64,000 nucleotides of DNA from Acholeplasma sp. GTDB taxonomy: Bacteria; Bacillota_I; Bacilli_A; Acholeplasmatales; UBA5453. The stretch is taken from contig JAVBWN010000027.1 in assembly GCA_036677365.1 (NCBI GenBank), forward strand, positions 28,238-92,237, given 5' to 3'. Positions 20,760 through 30,095 of the stretch are shown here, piece after piece. Numbering within the stretch: position 1 is the stretch's first letter; each line of letters starts with the position of its first letter. The notes under the pieces were generated by a model. That model saw only the letters and a list, made by a program, of their open reading frames with translations. It was not told the origin of the DNA and searched no databases. Made by a program: the position numbers and the translations under genes.

Positions 20760-21842
20760 ATGAAAAGTAAACTGAATTGGCGTTATGTCAACATTTTGAT
20801 GTTATTGCTCATCATTTACATGTTGTACGTCTTGTCACCACTTTGGGGTAGTTTGTTTGAAAAAGCCATCATGGCATTATTACCCATCCTCATTGCGTTT
20901 GCTATTGCATTCGTATTCAATCCGATTGTAACGACACTCGAAAAGAAGTTTAAAATACCACGTGTGGTTGCTATTTTGTTTTTATATGCGTTTATCATCG
21001 GTATGGTATTGCTCATCATTTTCGTTTTTGTCAAACCTTACATTGAAGACTTAAGTAATATCACTGTTGGGTTAAATAACTTAATGGTCCAAATCGGAGA
21101 ATTGTTCAATATTGATACCACATCGGTTCAACAATCGTTGTCTGCGATGGTTACCGATATTTACAACAGCATATTCTCATTCTTTACCGCCACTGGTGAA
21201 GGTGCGAATTTGGTTATTGGCACCATCTTTGGTGGCGCTGTGATTGTCATTGTTGGGATCATTTTCTTAATCAATTTTGAACACATTAAAAATCGTACTA
21301 AAGATTACTTGATGGCGAGAGAATCGAAAAAAATGTATCTTTATGTTTCTCAACTCTATCATGATTTGACCAACTATTTGGTGGCAGAGATCATCATCGC
21401 TGGCATTCAATTTATTGAATATGCGGGATTATTCTTACTCATTGGGATATTCATTCCTGAATATTTAAATCTGGCTTTGTTGTTGGGGGTATCGGTTTCG
21501 GTATTCTCGCTCATCCCATATTTTGGTGGATATTTATCATCATTCTTTATGATTTTAATAGCCTTATCCTTACCAAAACCATTATTGGCTGCATTCCCAA
21601 TCGGTTTATTTATTCTCATATTCCCGAATTTGGATGCCTACTTAATCAACCCTCATATTTATAAAAAGCAACTCAAATTGAACCCACTCTTATCGGTTTC
21701 AGCCATTTTGTTGATGCAGGCATTCTTTGGTTTGGTGGGCGTGGTGATTTCAATTCCAGTGATCCTATTCATCACCATCACCTATAACTTTTATAAAGAA
21801 CCCATCCATGCGAGAATCAAACGGTTTAAAGAATCGTTATAA
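20760..21842 (+). CDS. AI-2E family (UPF0118) transporter
   Basis: Multi-TM; AFVFNPIV, IPYFG, LINPHI, LNPLL motifs; ATG at 20760 after AAGGAG. Confidence 0.85.
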   Translation: MKSKLNWRYVNILMLLLIIYMLYVLSPLWGSLFEKAIMALLPILIAFAIAFVFNPIVTTLEKKFKIPRVVAILFLYAFIIGMVLLIIFVFVKPYIEDLSNITVGLNNLMVQIGELFNIDTTSVQQSLSAMVTDIYNSIFSFFTATGEGANLVIGTIFGGAVIVIVGIIFLINFEHIKNRTKDYLMARESKKMYLYVSQLYHDLTNYLVAEIIIAGIQFIEYAGLFLLIGIFIPEYLNLALLLGVSVSVFSLIPYFGGYLSSFFMILIALSLPKPLLAAFPIGLFILIFPNLDAYLINPHIYKKQLKLNPLLSVSAILLMQAFFGLVGVVISIPVILFITITYNFYKEPIHARIKRFKESL

Positions 21843-21844
21843 GA

Positions 21845-21873
21845 TTGACTTTAAAAGCGTAATATTGTATCAT
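21845..21873 (+). promoter_or_regulatory. SigA promoter for the T-box leader
   Basis: TTGACT-17 bp-TATCAT. Confidence 0.7.
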
Positions 21874-21894
21874 TTAACTGTAATTTAATCGTCT

Positions 21895-22080
21895 TGTGAT
21901 TGAAAAGAGTGACAACGCAATGTCTTAAAGCGAGGATGAACGGTGGAAGCATCCAGAATAAGCCTGTCAGAGACGCTTCATGAAGACAAAACTAGATGAG
22001 GGCTATGGGGTAACCATAGAACTAAGGTGGTACCGCGCATGTTTAGCGTCCTTAGAATTAAGGGCGCTTTTTATTTTTTT
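21895..22080 (+). promoter_or_regulatory. T-box riboswitch, probable Asp (GAC) specifier
   Basis: AAGGTGGTACCGCG at 22024-22037; stem I elements (AGCGAG, GGTGGAA, tgaca/tgtca); GAC at 21972-21974; terminator agcgtcctta..taagggcgct-TTTT. Confidence 0.92.
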
Positions 22081-22092
22081 GTGGGTGAATCG

Positions 22093-22665
22093 ATGATAAC
22101 AAACCGAAAAATGCCGACAATTGAATTGAGTAAAGTCCTCTTGAGAACTTTGCTCAAAAAGGATGCCAATGATTTTTTTGAGGTTGGCCGTGACCCTTTG
22201 ACCACTGAATTTTTAACATGGGGACCGTTTAAGACCATCAAGGAAGCAAAAACCATGATCAAATTTACCTATTTTAGACGTATGGCACGACAGGAACCGA
22301 TTGGGTATGCCATATTGGATAAAGAAAGTCATAAAATGATTGGTACCATTGAGTTTCACACATTTAACCAAAAAATGAATACCTGTGAAATCGGTTATGT
22401 CCTTTCAAGACCTTACTGGAATCAAGGCATCATGACAGACTGTGTTCAAGCCATGACTGGGATTGCTTTTAGTCATTTAGAGGTCGACCGTGTCATCATC
22501 AAACACATTAAAGAAAATATGGCCAGCCAACGTGTCATACTGAAGGCAGGGTACCGATTCATCGAAGTTAACAAACAAAGTTTTTTTCACCCGAAAACAC
22601 ACCGTTTTCATGATGTTTATGTATACGAAAAATGGAGGAACGAACAACATGATCAGCAAAGCTAA
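22093..22665 (+). CDS. GNAT N-acetyltransferase, RimJ/RimL family
   Basis: EIGYVLSRPYWNQGIMT, ENMASQRVILKAG; start moved to the ATG after the T-box terminator. Confidence 0.88.
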   Translation: MITNRKMPTIELSKVLLRTLLKKDANDFFEVGRDPLTTEFLTWGPFKTIKEAKTMIKFTYFRRMARQEPIGYAILDKESHKMIGTIEFHTFNQKMNTCEIGYVLSRPYWNQGIMTDCVQAMTGIAFSHLEVDRVIIKHIKENMASQRVILKAGYRFIEVNKQSFFHPKTHRFHDVYVYEKWRNEQHDQQS

Positions 22666-23914
22666 AGGGACATACGATGTCCTACCAAACGAGTCCTACA
22701 AGTGGCACACATTAGAAGATAAAGCCCGTCAAATATGTGTTCAATTTGGTTACAAAGAAGTCAGAACACCGATTTTTGAATACCGTGAAGTGTTTCACCG
22801 TCAAAATGAGCAATCCGACATGGTAACCAAAGAAACCTACAACTTCATGGATAAAGGGGACCGCGAATTGACATTAAGACCCGAAGGTACGGCGGGTGTC
22901 ATCCGTAGTTTTGTTGAAAACAAACTCTACGTTGAAAACCCACTCAATAAGTTGTATTATATCGGACCGAATTTCCGATATGAACGCCCACAAAAAGGTC
23001 GTTTCAGACAATTTTCACAATTTGGGGTGGAAGCGATTGGTTCAAATGACCCAGCACTCGACGCTGAAGTCATTGGATTGGCGTATGCATTCATCCAAAA
23101 ATTGGGTCTTAAAGGGGTCCGTGTTCGTATCAATACCTTAGGCGATAATGACTCTAGAGCGGCATTTAAAGATGCTTTAAAACAGCATTTCTTACCGCAT
23201 GTGGATACCCTTTGTGAAGACTGCAAGCAACGCATCGAAAAAAATCCGTTGCGTATCTTGGATTGCAAAGTCGATCACAACCACGTCGCTGTTCTCAAAG
23301 CACCAACCACACAAGATTATTTAAACGAGGTCTCAAAAACCTATTTCCAAAGCGTTTTAACGTATTTAGACGCGGCCAACATCGATTATGAGATTGCGCC
23401 AAAATTGGTACGAGGATTGGATTACTACACCCACACTGTATTCGAAATTGAAGCCGACATCGAGGGCTTTGGTGCACAAAATGTGTTGGGTGGCGGTGGT
23501 CGTTATCAATCACTCGTTAAAGAATTGGGTGGACCTGATTTACCTGGTATCGGTTTTGCTTTCGGGATGGAACGTTTGATCATCGCCATGGAATCGGAAA
23601 ACATCACTTTTGAAGAAGCACCATCGAACGACATTTTCTTCATAGCAACCGATGAAGCCGCCCGCGTTTTAGCGCTTAAACTCTTGTTTGAAGCGCGACA
23701 ACAAGGGATGGTAGCGGATATGGATTTTGTCTCCTCGTCCTTTAAAGCACAACTCAAATCTGGATTAAAATCCAATGCCAAATATTTAGGCATCATCGGT
23801 GAATCGGAATTAGTCAACAAAACCATTTCACTTAAAAACACAAAAACTCAACAACAGGAAGAAATACCAGTGAAGATTGCGATCCGTTCCGTCAAAAGCT
23901 GGTTAGGAAAATAA
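22649..23914 (+). CDS. hisS: Histidine--tRNA ligase
   Basis: LRPEGTAG, FRYERPQKGRFRQF, LVRGLDYY, GGGRY; ATG at 22649 after GGAGG. Confidence 0.98.
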   Translation: MISKAKGTYDVLPNESYKWHTLEDKARQICVQFGYKEVRTPIFEYREVFHRQNEQSDMVTKETYNFMDKGDRELTLRPEGTAGVIRSFVENKLYVENPLNKLYYIGPNFRYERPQKGRFRQFSQFGVEAIGSNDPALDAEVIGLAYAFIQKLGLKGVRVRINTLGDNDSRAAFKDALKQHFLPHVDTLCEDCKQRIEKNPLRILDCKVDHNHVAVLKAPTTQDYLNEVSKTYFQSVLTYLDAANIDYEIAPKLVRGLDYYTHTVFEIEADIEGFGAQNVLGGGGRYQSLVKELGGPDLPGIGFAFGMERLIIAMESENITFEEAPSNDIFFIATDEAARVLALKLLFEARQQGMVADMDFVSSSFKAQLKSGLKSNAKYLGIIGESELVNKTISLKNTKTQQQEEIPVKIAIRSVKSWLGK

Positions 23915-23915
23915 T

Positions 23916-25640
23916 ATGGCCTATACACACCACAACAATGAATTGAATTTATCCCACTTAGGACAACACGTCCACTTAAAAGGGTGGGTTGCAAGAAAAC
24001 GTAATTTAGGTGGTCTCATTTTCATCGATTTACGTGACCGCTTTGGCATCACCCAATTGTTGGTTCAACCAGGACACCCATCCTATGAACTCGCCAGCAC
24101 ATTAAAAAGTGAATATGTCATTGACATCACTGGGGTTGTCATCGAAAGAGAATCCAAAAATCCCAATATGGCCACCGGAGAAATCGAAGTTAACATCGAA
24201 AACTTAATTGTGCTCAATGTGGCGGAAACACCACCCATCGGCATTTCAAACGAAGACACTGCCTTAGAAGATACCCGTTTGAAATACCGTTATTTAGACT
24301 TAAGACGCCCAGTGATGCAAAACTACATGATCAAACGTGCCCAAATCACACAGGCAGTTCGTGAAGCCCTATTAAACGAAGGCTTCAATGAATTTGAAAC
24401 ACCGATTTTGGGTAAATCCACCCCAGAAGGGGCGAGAGATTTCTTGGTCCCATCGAGATTGTATGCGGGTGAATTTTACGCTTTACCACAATCCCCACAA
24501 ATCTATAAACAACTATATATGGTGGCTGGATTTGAAAAATACTTCCAAATTGCTCGTTGCTTCAGAGATGAAGATTTGCGTGCAGACCGTCAATTGGAGT
24601 TTACACAAGTCGATATCGAAACTTCATTTTTAAGTGAAGTTGAAATCCAATCGATGATTGAACGTGTTTTAGCACACACATTCAAAAAAGTGCTCAACGT
24701 CGACGTCAAATTACCAATTGAACGGATGTCATTCGACCGTGCCATGGCTTTATATGGTTCAGACAAACCCGACTTACGTTTTGGCTTATTATTAAAAGAC
24801 TTAAACCCGCTACTGGATGTCTATTCAATCCCGTTCTTGGCGAATAAGACCATCCGTGGATTCATTGTTCCCAATGGGGCACATTTATCACGTAAAGAAC
24901 TCGACGGTTTTACCACCACTGTGAAGAAGAACCACGGGGATGCTTTGGCATTCTTAAAATTAGCTAACCATGAATTATCGGGGTCATTATCCAAAAATAT
25001 AACCAACCCACAAGCTTTCATTGAATCCGCTGGTTTGGTTGAAAATGACTTATTGTTGATCATCGCGGGTAAGGACTATGAATCCGCCTCTAAAGCCGCA
25101 GGTGCTTTACGTAAAGAACTTGGTGATTATTTGAATCTTGCGAGTGACGATGATTATCGTTTTGTTTGGATTGTCGATTGGCCGCTATTTGATGTCAATG
25201 AAGATGGCTCATTAACTGCAGCACATCACCCATTCACCTCGCCTAAAGAAGCCGATAAACCACTCTTATTCACGAACCCTAAATTGTGTCGTGCTCAAGC
25301 GTACGACATCGTGCTCAACGGGTATGAATTGGGTGGCGGGTCTGTCCGTATCCATGAATCACACATCCAACAACAGATGTTTGAAGCCATCGGTTTATCC
25401 AAAGAAGTCATCGAAGAACGTTTTGGTTTCCTCGTAGGTGCGCTTAAATATGGTACCCCGCCGCATGGTGGATTGGCACTCGGACTTGACCGTTTGGTGA
25501 TGTTGATGACCCATACCAAAAACATCAAAGACGTCATCGCCTTCCCTAAGACCCAAAGCGCAAGAGACTTGATGATGCAAGCCCCTTCAAGTGTCGCAGA
25601 TGCCCAACTTGAAGAACTCAATTTAGTCGTAAAAAAATAA
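23916..25640 (+). CDS. aspS: Aspartate--tRNA ligase
   Basis: FIDLRDR, STPEGARDF, ALPQSPQ, RDEDLRADRQ, PPHGG. Confidence 0.98.
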   Translation: MAYTHHNNELNLSHLGQHVHLKGWVARKRNLGGLIFIDLRDRFGITQLLVQPGHPSYELASTLKSEYVIDITGVVIERESKNPNMATGEIEVNIENLIVLNVAETPPIGISNEDTALEDTRLKYRYLDLRRPVMQNYMIKRAQITQAVREALLNEGFNEFETPILGKSTPEGARDFLVPSRLYAGEFYALPQSPQIYKQLYMVAGFEKYFQIARCFRDEDLRADRQLEFTQVDIETSFLSEVEIQSMIERVLAHTFKKVLNVDVKLPIERMSFDRAMALYGSDKPDLRFGLLLKDLNPLLDVYSIPFLANKTIRGFIVPNGAHLSRKELDGFTTTVKKNHGDALAFLKLANHELSGSLSKNITNPQAFIESAGLVENDLLLIIAGKDYESASKAAGALRKELGDYLNLASDDDYRFVWIVDWPLFDVNEDGSLTAAHHPFTSPKEADKPLLFTNPKLCRAQAYDIVLNGYELGGGSVRIHESHIQQQMFEAIGLSKEVIEERFGFLVGALKYGTPPHGGLALGLDRLVMLMTHTKNIKDVIAFPKTQSARDLMMQAPSSVADAQLEELNLVVKK

Positions 25641-25668
25641 AGACGAGCAATCGTCTTTATCTTTTATT
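25639..25668. terminator. Terminator between convergent aspS and lipoprotein gene
   Basis: aaagacga gcaa tcgtcttt hairpin. Confidence 0.65.
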
Positions 25669-25677
25669 TGGCTTTAT

Positions 25678-27048
25678 TTAGCCATTATTTTGTTGTGTTT
25701 GTTGTCTTACCATGTGTTCATAACGGATTTCTAAACGGGCTTGAACATTGATTTGAGCCATTTGTAATCTGAATTGATTGAGCACTTGGTTGTATTGTAA
25801 GAGGGTAGCTTGAAGTTGTAAGTTCAAATTGCCCATGAACAAAGCTTCAAAAGGAGCGAGGTCTACTTGATGTTCTAAGAATAAGAGGCGGTAAGTTTCA
25901 CGGATGGATCTGTAATCATCCATGAAGTTTTCTAATAAGATGATTTCAATTTGGCCATTTTGATAGAAGAACAAGTATTCATGTGGGATGTTTTCAGCTT
26001 CTACATAAGCTTCAACCAATACATCTAACTCTGCTTTGGTGGCCATATAATTCATGAATATGGTTTGGGCTTGAGCTCTAAGGTCTGTACGGCCTTGACG
26101 ATTACCACTGAATTCTTCATAAAGTGTTTTCATTTCAGCCTTATATCCCAACAACAGTTCATTTTTCGCTTGAATGGCTAAATCCGCATCCAATTTGACT
26201 TGAAGGGCAGTTTCATAAGCCTCTGGGGAAGGGATTTCAATGGCTTCGATGGCATTCACATAATCACTATATAAAGCCACGAGCGCTACCGCATCTAAAT
26301 CTGAATCCACCAATAAGGCGTCGAATCCTGAAGGATTGGCGAGTAACATGAGGTTGGCTTGGGTTTCAATGTATGAAACGCGTAGGAAGTGGAATGCAGC
26401 TTTCGCATTCGATTTGAGCTGCAAGTATGCCAATCGAACGTGATCTTGAGCAAAATCTTTCAATGCTTCACGATTTTCATTGATGATGGTTAATAATTCT
26501 CGAACACTCATTTCAATGGCTTCTTCATAGGTTAAGTCCACATCGAGGGCCATCGCTGCTTTGATGATGCGGTATTTACCCACGGAAATGCCTAATGCTG
26601 CCGCTTGATCCATATCTGCTTGAGTGATCCCGGCATTCCCATCAACGACATCCACAGGGATGTTTTTTTGTTCCAGATGGGCTTGAATACGGCTACGAAT
26701 GTGGGCTTGAATACGATTCATTTGTGCTCTATCATCGGTTTCAGTGGTAACCACAACCGCATTTTCAACACCAGCTTTGATATAGCCATATTGTCTGGCC
26801 AATTCGGTGATTTCTACTACCACATCGGCAGCAACTTTACCTTTAAAATTGGTATCTAATAATAATGTTTGAGCATCGTCATTGAGGGGAGTGACTGTTT
26901 CGACACGACCTCTCGCATTCGTGATGATTTCAACACTCGGGTTGATGTCCATGGTGATTCTAGCATTCGCTGCATTGACCGATTCGGTACAAGCAGCAAG
27001 CAGGGTGACTGCGAATAATATAAATGTAAATACGAATATTTTTCTCAT
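25678..27048 (-). CDS. Lipoprotein with RsgI-like (SEAL) domain and long helical C-terminus
   Basis: Lipobox LAAC; ITMDINPSVE, LNDDAQTLL, ALGISVGKY motifs of the RsgI extracellular domain; start set at MRKIF after AAGGAG. Confidence 0.75.
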   Translation of the reverse strand: MRKIFVFTFILFAVTLLAACTESVNAANARITMDINPSVEIITNARGRVETVTPLNDDAQTLLLDTNFKGKVAADVVVEITELARQYGYIKAGVENAVVVTTETDDRAQMNRIQAHIRSRIQAHLEQKNIPVDVVDGNAGITQADMDQAAALGISVGKYRIIKAAMALDVDLTYEEAIEMSVRELLTIINENREALKDFAQDHVRLAYLQLKSNAKAAFHFLRVSYIETQANLMLLANPSGFDALLVDSDLDAVALVALYSDYVNAIEAIEIPSPEAYETALQVKLDADLAIQAKNELLLGYKAEMKTLYEEFSGNRQGRTDLRAQAQTIFMNYMATKAELDVLVEAYVEAENIPHEYLFFYQNGQIEIILLENFMDDYRSIRETYRLLFLEHQVDLAPFEALFMGNLNLQLQATLLQYNQVLNQFRLQMAQINVQARLEIRYEHMVRQQTQQNNG

Positions 27049-27052
27049 GATG

Positions 27053-28372
27053 TTATTGCTCCTTTTGTTCATATTGTAAAATGATGTTTTGAATGTAAGT
27101 AGATTCTTTCAATGATGTACTGACTTGATTCGATGTATAATACACCATAAATTCTTGATAAGCTTCGACCAATATGCGCTTATAGGCTTGCCCTGAACCA
27201 GAAGAAGACTGATTCAATAAAACATCGAGTCGTTTCGCACTGGCTAAAAATAATTGGTCATAAATGGAAGCATCTAAGTATTCTTCAATGGATGTTAGGA
27301 CACCCATCACATGGTTTGGTGCTTGCCATTGATTCAATTGGATCAGATTGGCATGCGTATCAACCAAATGTGAATATAAACCTCGGATACTGGCTTCAAA
27401 TAGTGTTTCTACTTGTTGTTTTAAATAAGCTTCATACGCATCCATTTTAGATTCTAATTGTAACAATCGTTGATACTTAAGGGTTGGTAGTAATGGGACT
27501 TGTGCATTTGGAAAGTATGTATTTGAAAATGTAGTATAGGCTATGTTGAATTCAATCAAATCATTGGCATATAGATTTTTTAGGTTTACAATTTCTGCAT
27601 TCACTAAAGAAATATACGCTTCCACTTCAAGTAAGAGTGCGGATTTTTGATCCTCGAGTTCAGCTTTCAGTGTTTCAACTTTTACTTTCAATTCAGCAAG
27701 TTCTGCTGCGACAAACCCACGTTTGATTTCATTGAGTTTAGGAATGTCAAAGTTTCGTAAATCATCGACTGTGTATGTTGGATCGATTTCAATGATTTCT
27801 TGAATGAGTGCCAATTTTCTTGGGGTAATCTTCAATGCTTTGGCTTCATTGATCAGTTCATCTGTGATTTCAATCATTTGAATTCTGGATTGAAAATGTG
27901 TTTTGATGCGTTCATTCAGTTTATTTTCAATATCAGATTTTTCATTGAATGCAGTGACATTGACTACGGATGTTTGAGTCATATACCCCAATGCTGTGGC
28001 ATGTTCAATGACTGCTTCGATGGCTTCATTAAGAGATAATTTTGTCAAAACCATCGTTTCAATTAAGACCTCACCATCCAAGTTGAGTGCGCGATAAGCA
28101 ATCACTTCATCCTTCGCATCCACTGTAAATTCGATCGATGGATTGATGTCAACCGTCACAATCGATGGGTTGTTTGGTGTTTGCCTAAATAAGGTGATAC
28201 CAAGCACAACCAATAAGAGTAGTCCAAACATCATCGCGAGTTTCGGGTGCCATGAAACCAAACGTGGTTTATGCTGTTCTTGTCTAGGGATTTGGGATAA
28301 AATACGTTTTTTATCGATTTCGATGGTCTTACCTTCCGCTTTTAATTGTTTGATCAAATCTTTATTTGTCAT
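27053..28372 (-). CDS. Single-pass anti-sigma factor with RsgI-like (SEAL) extracellular domain
   Basis: Short cytosolic N-terminus, one TM, VTVDINPSIEF, LNLDGEVL; overlaps the ECF sigma gene; GGAGG RBS. Confidence 0.8.
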   Translation of the reverse strand: MTNKDLIKQLKAEGKTIEIDKKRILSQIPRQEQHKPRLVSWHPKLAMMFGLLLLVVLGITLFRQTPNNPSIVTVDINPSIEFTVDAKDEVIAYRALNLDGEVLIETMVLTKLSLNEAIEAVIEHATALGYMTQTSVVNVTAFNEKSDIENKLNERIKTHFQSRIQMIEITDELINEAKALKITPRKLALIQEIIEIDPTYTVDDLRNFDIPKLNEIKRGFVAAELAELKVKVETLKAELEDQKSALLLEVEAYISLVNAEIVNLKNLYANDLIEFNIAYTTFSNTYFPNAQVPLLPTLKYQRLLQLESKMDAYEAYLKQQVETLFEASIRGLYSHLVDTHANLIQLNQWQAPNHVMGVLTSIEEYLDASIYDQLFLASAKRLDVLLNQSSSGSGQAYKRILVEAYQEFMVYYTSNQVSTSLKESTYIQNIILQYEQKEQ

Positions 28373-28889
28373 GATTGGTACCTCCTTCCAGCTGGTTTTT
28401 GAGTTTTTCAAGTGCGACATTGAGTTTAAATGTTACACCTGAAGTGGATAAATTTAATACATTGGCAACCGTTTGTCTGGTTTTGCCTTCAACAACACAT
28501 TGCATGACGATGAAAAATTCATCTTCATCCAAAATTTGAGCTGCCATATCGATGAGTGGTGTTTCGCTTTTGTCATCGGTGGGTTGATTGAGTGTTTCCA
28601 TATCCACGAGGGTTTCTCGAGATTGTTTGTGGTAATGATTGATGGCTTCATTTTTTGCAATCCGCATAATCCAAGACTTCGGTTGGTCTTCTTGATAAGA
28701 TGCACGATGTTGAAATACTTTCATGTAGACGTCTTGCATGATTTCTTCAGACACATCTTTTCTTTTCACGATGCGATAAATTTGATAGAACACCATTCGG
28801 TTGGTTATATCATAAATCACATCCATGGCATCATGATGACCATTTTTCAGTTGTTTCATGGCTTGCTTCAATTTGATTTGATCAAACAT
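28362..28889 (-). CDS. ECF-family RNA polymerase sigma factor
   Basis: 175 aa; region 2 (EEIMQDVYMKVF, SWIMRIAKNEAIN) and region 4 (EGKTRQTVANVLNLSTSGV). Confidence 0.92.
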   Translation of the reverse strand: MFDQIKLKQAMKQLKNGHHDAMDVIYDITNRMVFYQIYRIVKRKDVSEEIMQDVYMKVFQHRASYQEDQPKSWIMRIAKNEAINHYHKQSRETLVDMETLNQPTDDKSETPLIDMAAQILDEDEFFIVMQCVVEGKTRQTVANVLNLSTSGVTFKLNVALEKLKNQLEGGTNHDK

Positions 28890-29131
28890 ATGATCACTCC
28901 CAACATCCCTGACACCTATATAACAAATGAATAACCTGCTTTTGTCAGTAATTTTTTAAAAATATGCTTAATTCCATTATACGCCCTTTGAAATGAAAGC
29001 TGTTTTGGGATTTGAATAGATCATCAAAAAAAATCCCATAATTAAGAATCCGATGCGATTTGTGGCTTGTTTACTAGTCAAAATGACCAATTTAAGGTAT
29101 GATATTTATAAAGCAATTTGGAGGGATTATC

Positions 29132-29638
29132 ATGAAAAAGATTATTTTGGCAGGTGGATGCTTTTGGGGTGTCCAAGCCTATTTTAGAGATGTAAAAGGC
29201 GTTAAACATACCGAAGTTGGGTATGCCAATGGGAACAAAGAAAACCCAACCTACAAAGAAGTATGCAATGGGATTGCTACCCATGCAGAAGTCACATTAG
29301 TGGAATATGATGAAAAAATCGTTCAATTACCAACCATTTTAGAACACTTTTTTAGAATCATCAATCCATATACACTCAACAGACAAGGGCACGATGTTGG
29401 TATCCAATACCGTTCAGGGGTGTATTTTGAGCACGAAGAAGATGCTGTGATTTCCCGTCAATTTATCTCATCAAGACAAGCATTATCCGATCGAAAATTT
29501 GCGGTTGTTGTCGAACCTTTGAAAAATTATTATAAAGCAGAAGAATATCATCAGGATTATTTAATCAAGAATCCAAATGGGTATTGTCATGTGAATTTGG
29601 GTTTATTAAAAGAGGAAGAAAAAAATGAAAAGAACTGA
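29132..29638 (+). CDS. msrA: Peptide-methionine (S)-S-oxide reductase
   Basis: GGCFWG, QYRSG, AEEYHQDYL. Confidence 0.97.
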   Translation: MKKIILAGGCFWGVQAYFRDVKGVKHTEVGYANGNKENPTYKEVCNGIATHAEVTLVEYDEKIVQLPTILEHFFRIINPYTLNRQGHDVGIQYRSGVYFEHEEDAVISRQFISSRQALSDRKFAVVVEPLKNYYKAEEYHQDYLIKNPNGYCHVNLGLLKEEEKNEKN

Positions 29639-30095
29639 TTACATTTCTTGGGATCAGTATTTTATGGGTGTGGCTTCATTATCTGCACTCCGTTCAAAAG
29701 ACCCCAACACACAGGTAGGCGCGTGCATCATTAATCCAGATAAACGCATCATTGGGATAGGTTACAATGGTTTACCTCAGGTCTTATCTGACGATGAATT
29801 TCCTTGGACCAAAGAGGGTGACTTGCAAGATACCAAATACCCTTATGTCGTTCATGCTGAAGCCAACGCCATTTTAAATGCAACCCAATCCATCAAAAAT
29901 GGGGTGTGTTATGTCACATTGTTTCCATGCCATGAATGCACAAAATTGTTGATTCAAAGTGGCATCAAAGAGTTGGTATATCAAGAAAACAAGTATGAAG
30001 ATACACCATCCAGTCAAGCAGCAATGCGTATGTTTACTGCCGCTGGTGTTAAAATACGTCAATTTCATTTAGGACAAATCGAGATTAAAAAATGA
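29625..30095 (+). CDS. dCMP deaminase (ComEB family)
   Basis: RSKDPNTQVGACI, HAEANAI, PCHEC. Confidence 0.93.
   Translation: MKRTDYISWDQYFMGVASLSALRSKDPNTQVGACIINPDKRIIGIGYNGLPQVLSDDEFPWTKEGDLQDTKYPYVVHAEANAILNATQSIKNGVCYVTLFPCHECTKLLIQSGIKELVYQENKYEDTPSSQAAMRMFTAAGVKIRQFHLGQIEIKK

Noticed and set aside
22027..22092. Longer GTG start of the GNAT
   Set aside because: Falls inside the T-box antiterminator/terminator; ATG at 22093 is more plausible
28473..28934. 153-aa ORF antisense to the ECF sigma gene
   Set aside because: Fully overlaps a well-supported gene and has no recognisable motif
29625..30095. ComEB as evidence of competence or a defence deaminase
   Set aside because: Ordinary dCMP deaminase in a housekeeping operon with no comEA/comEC adjacent
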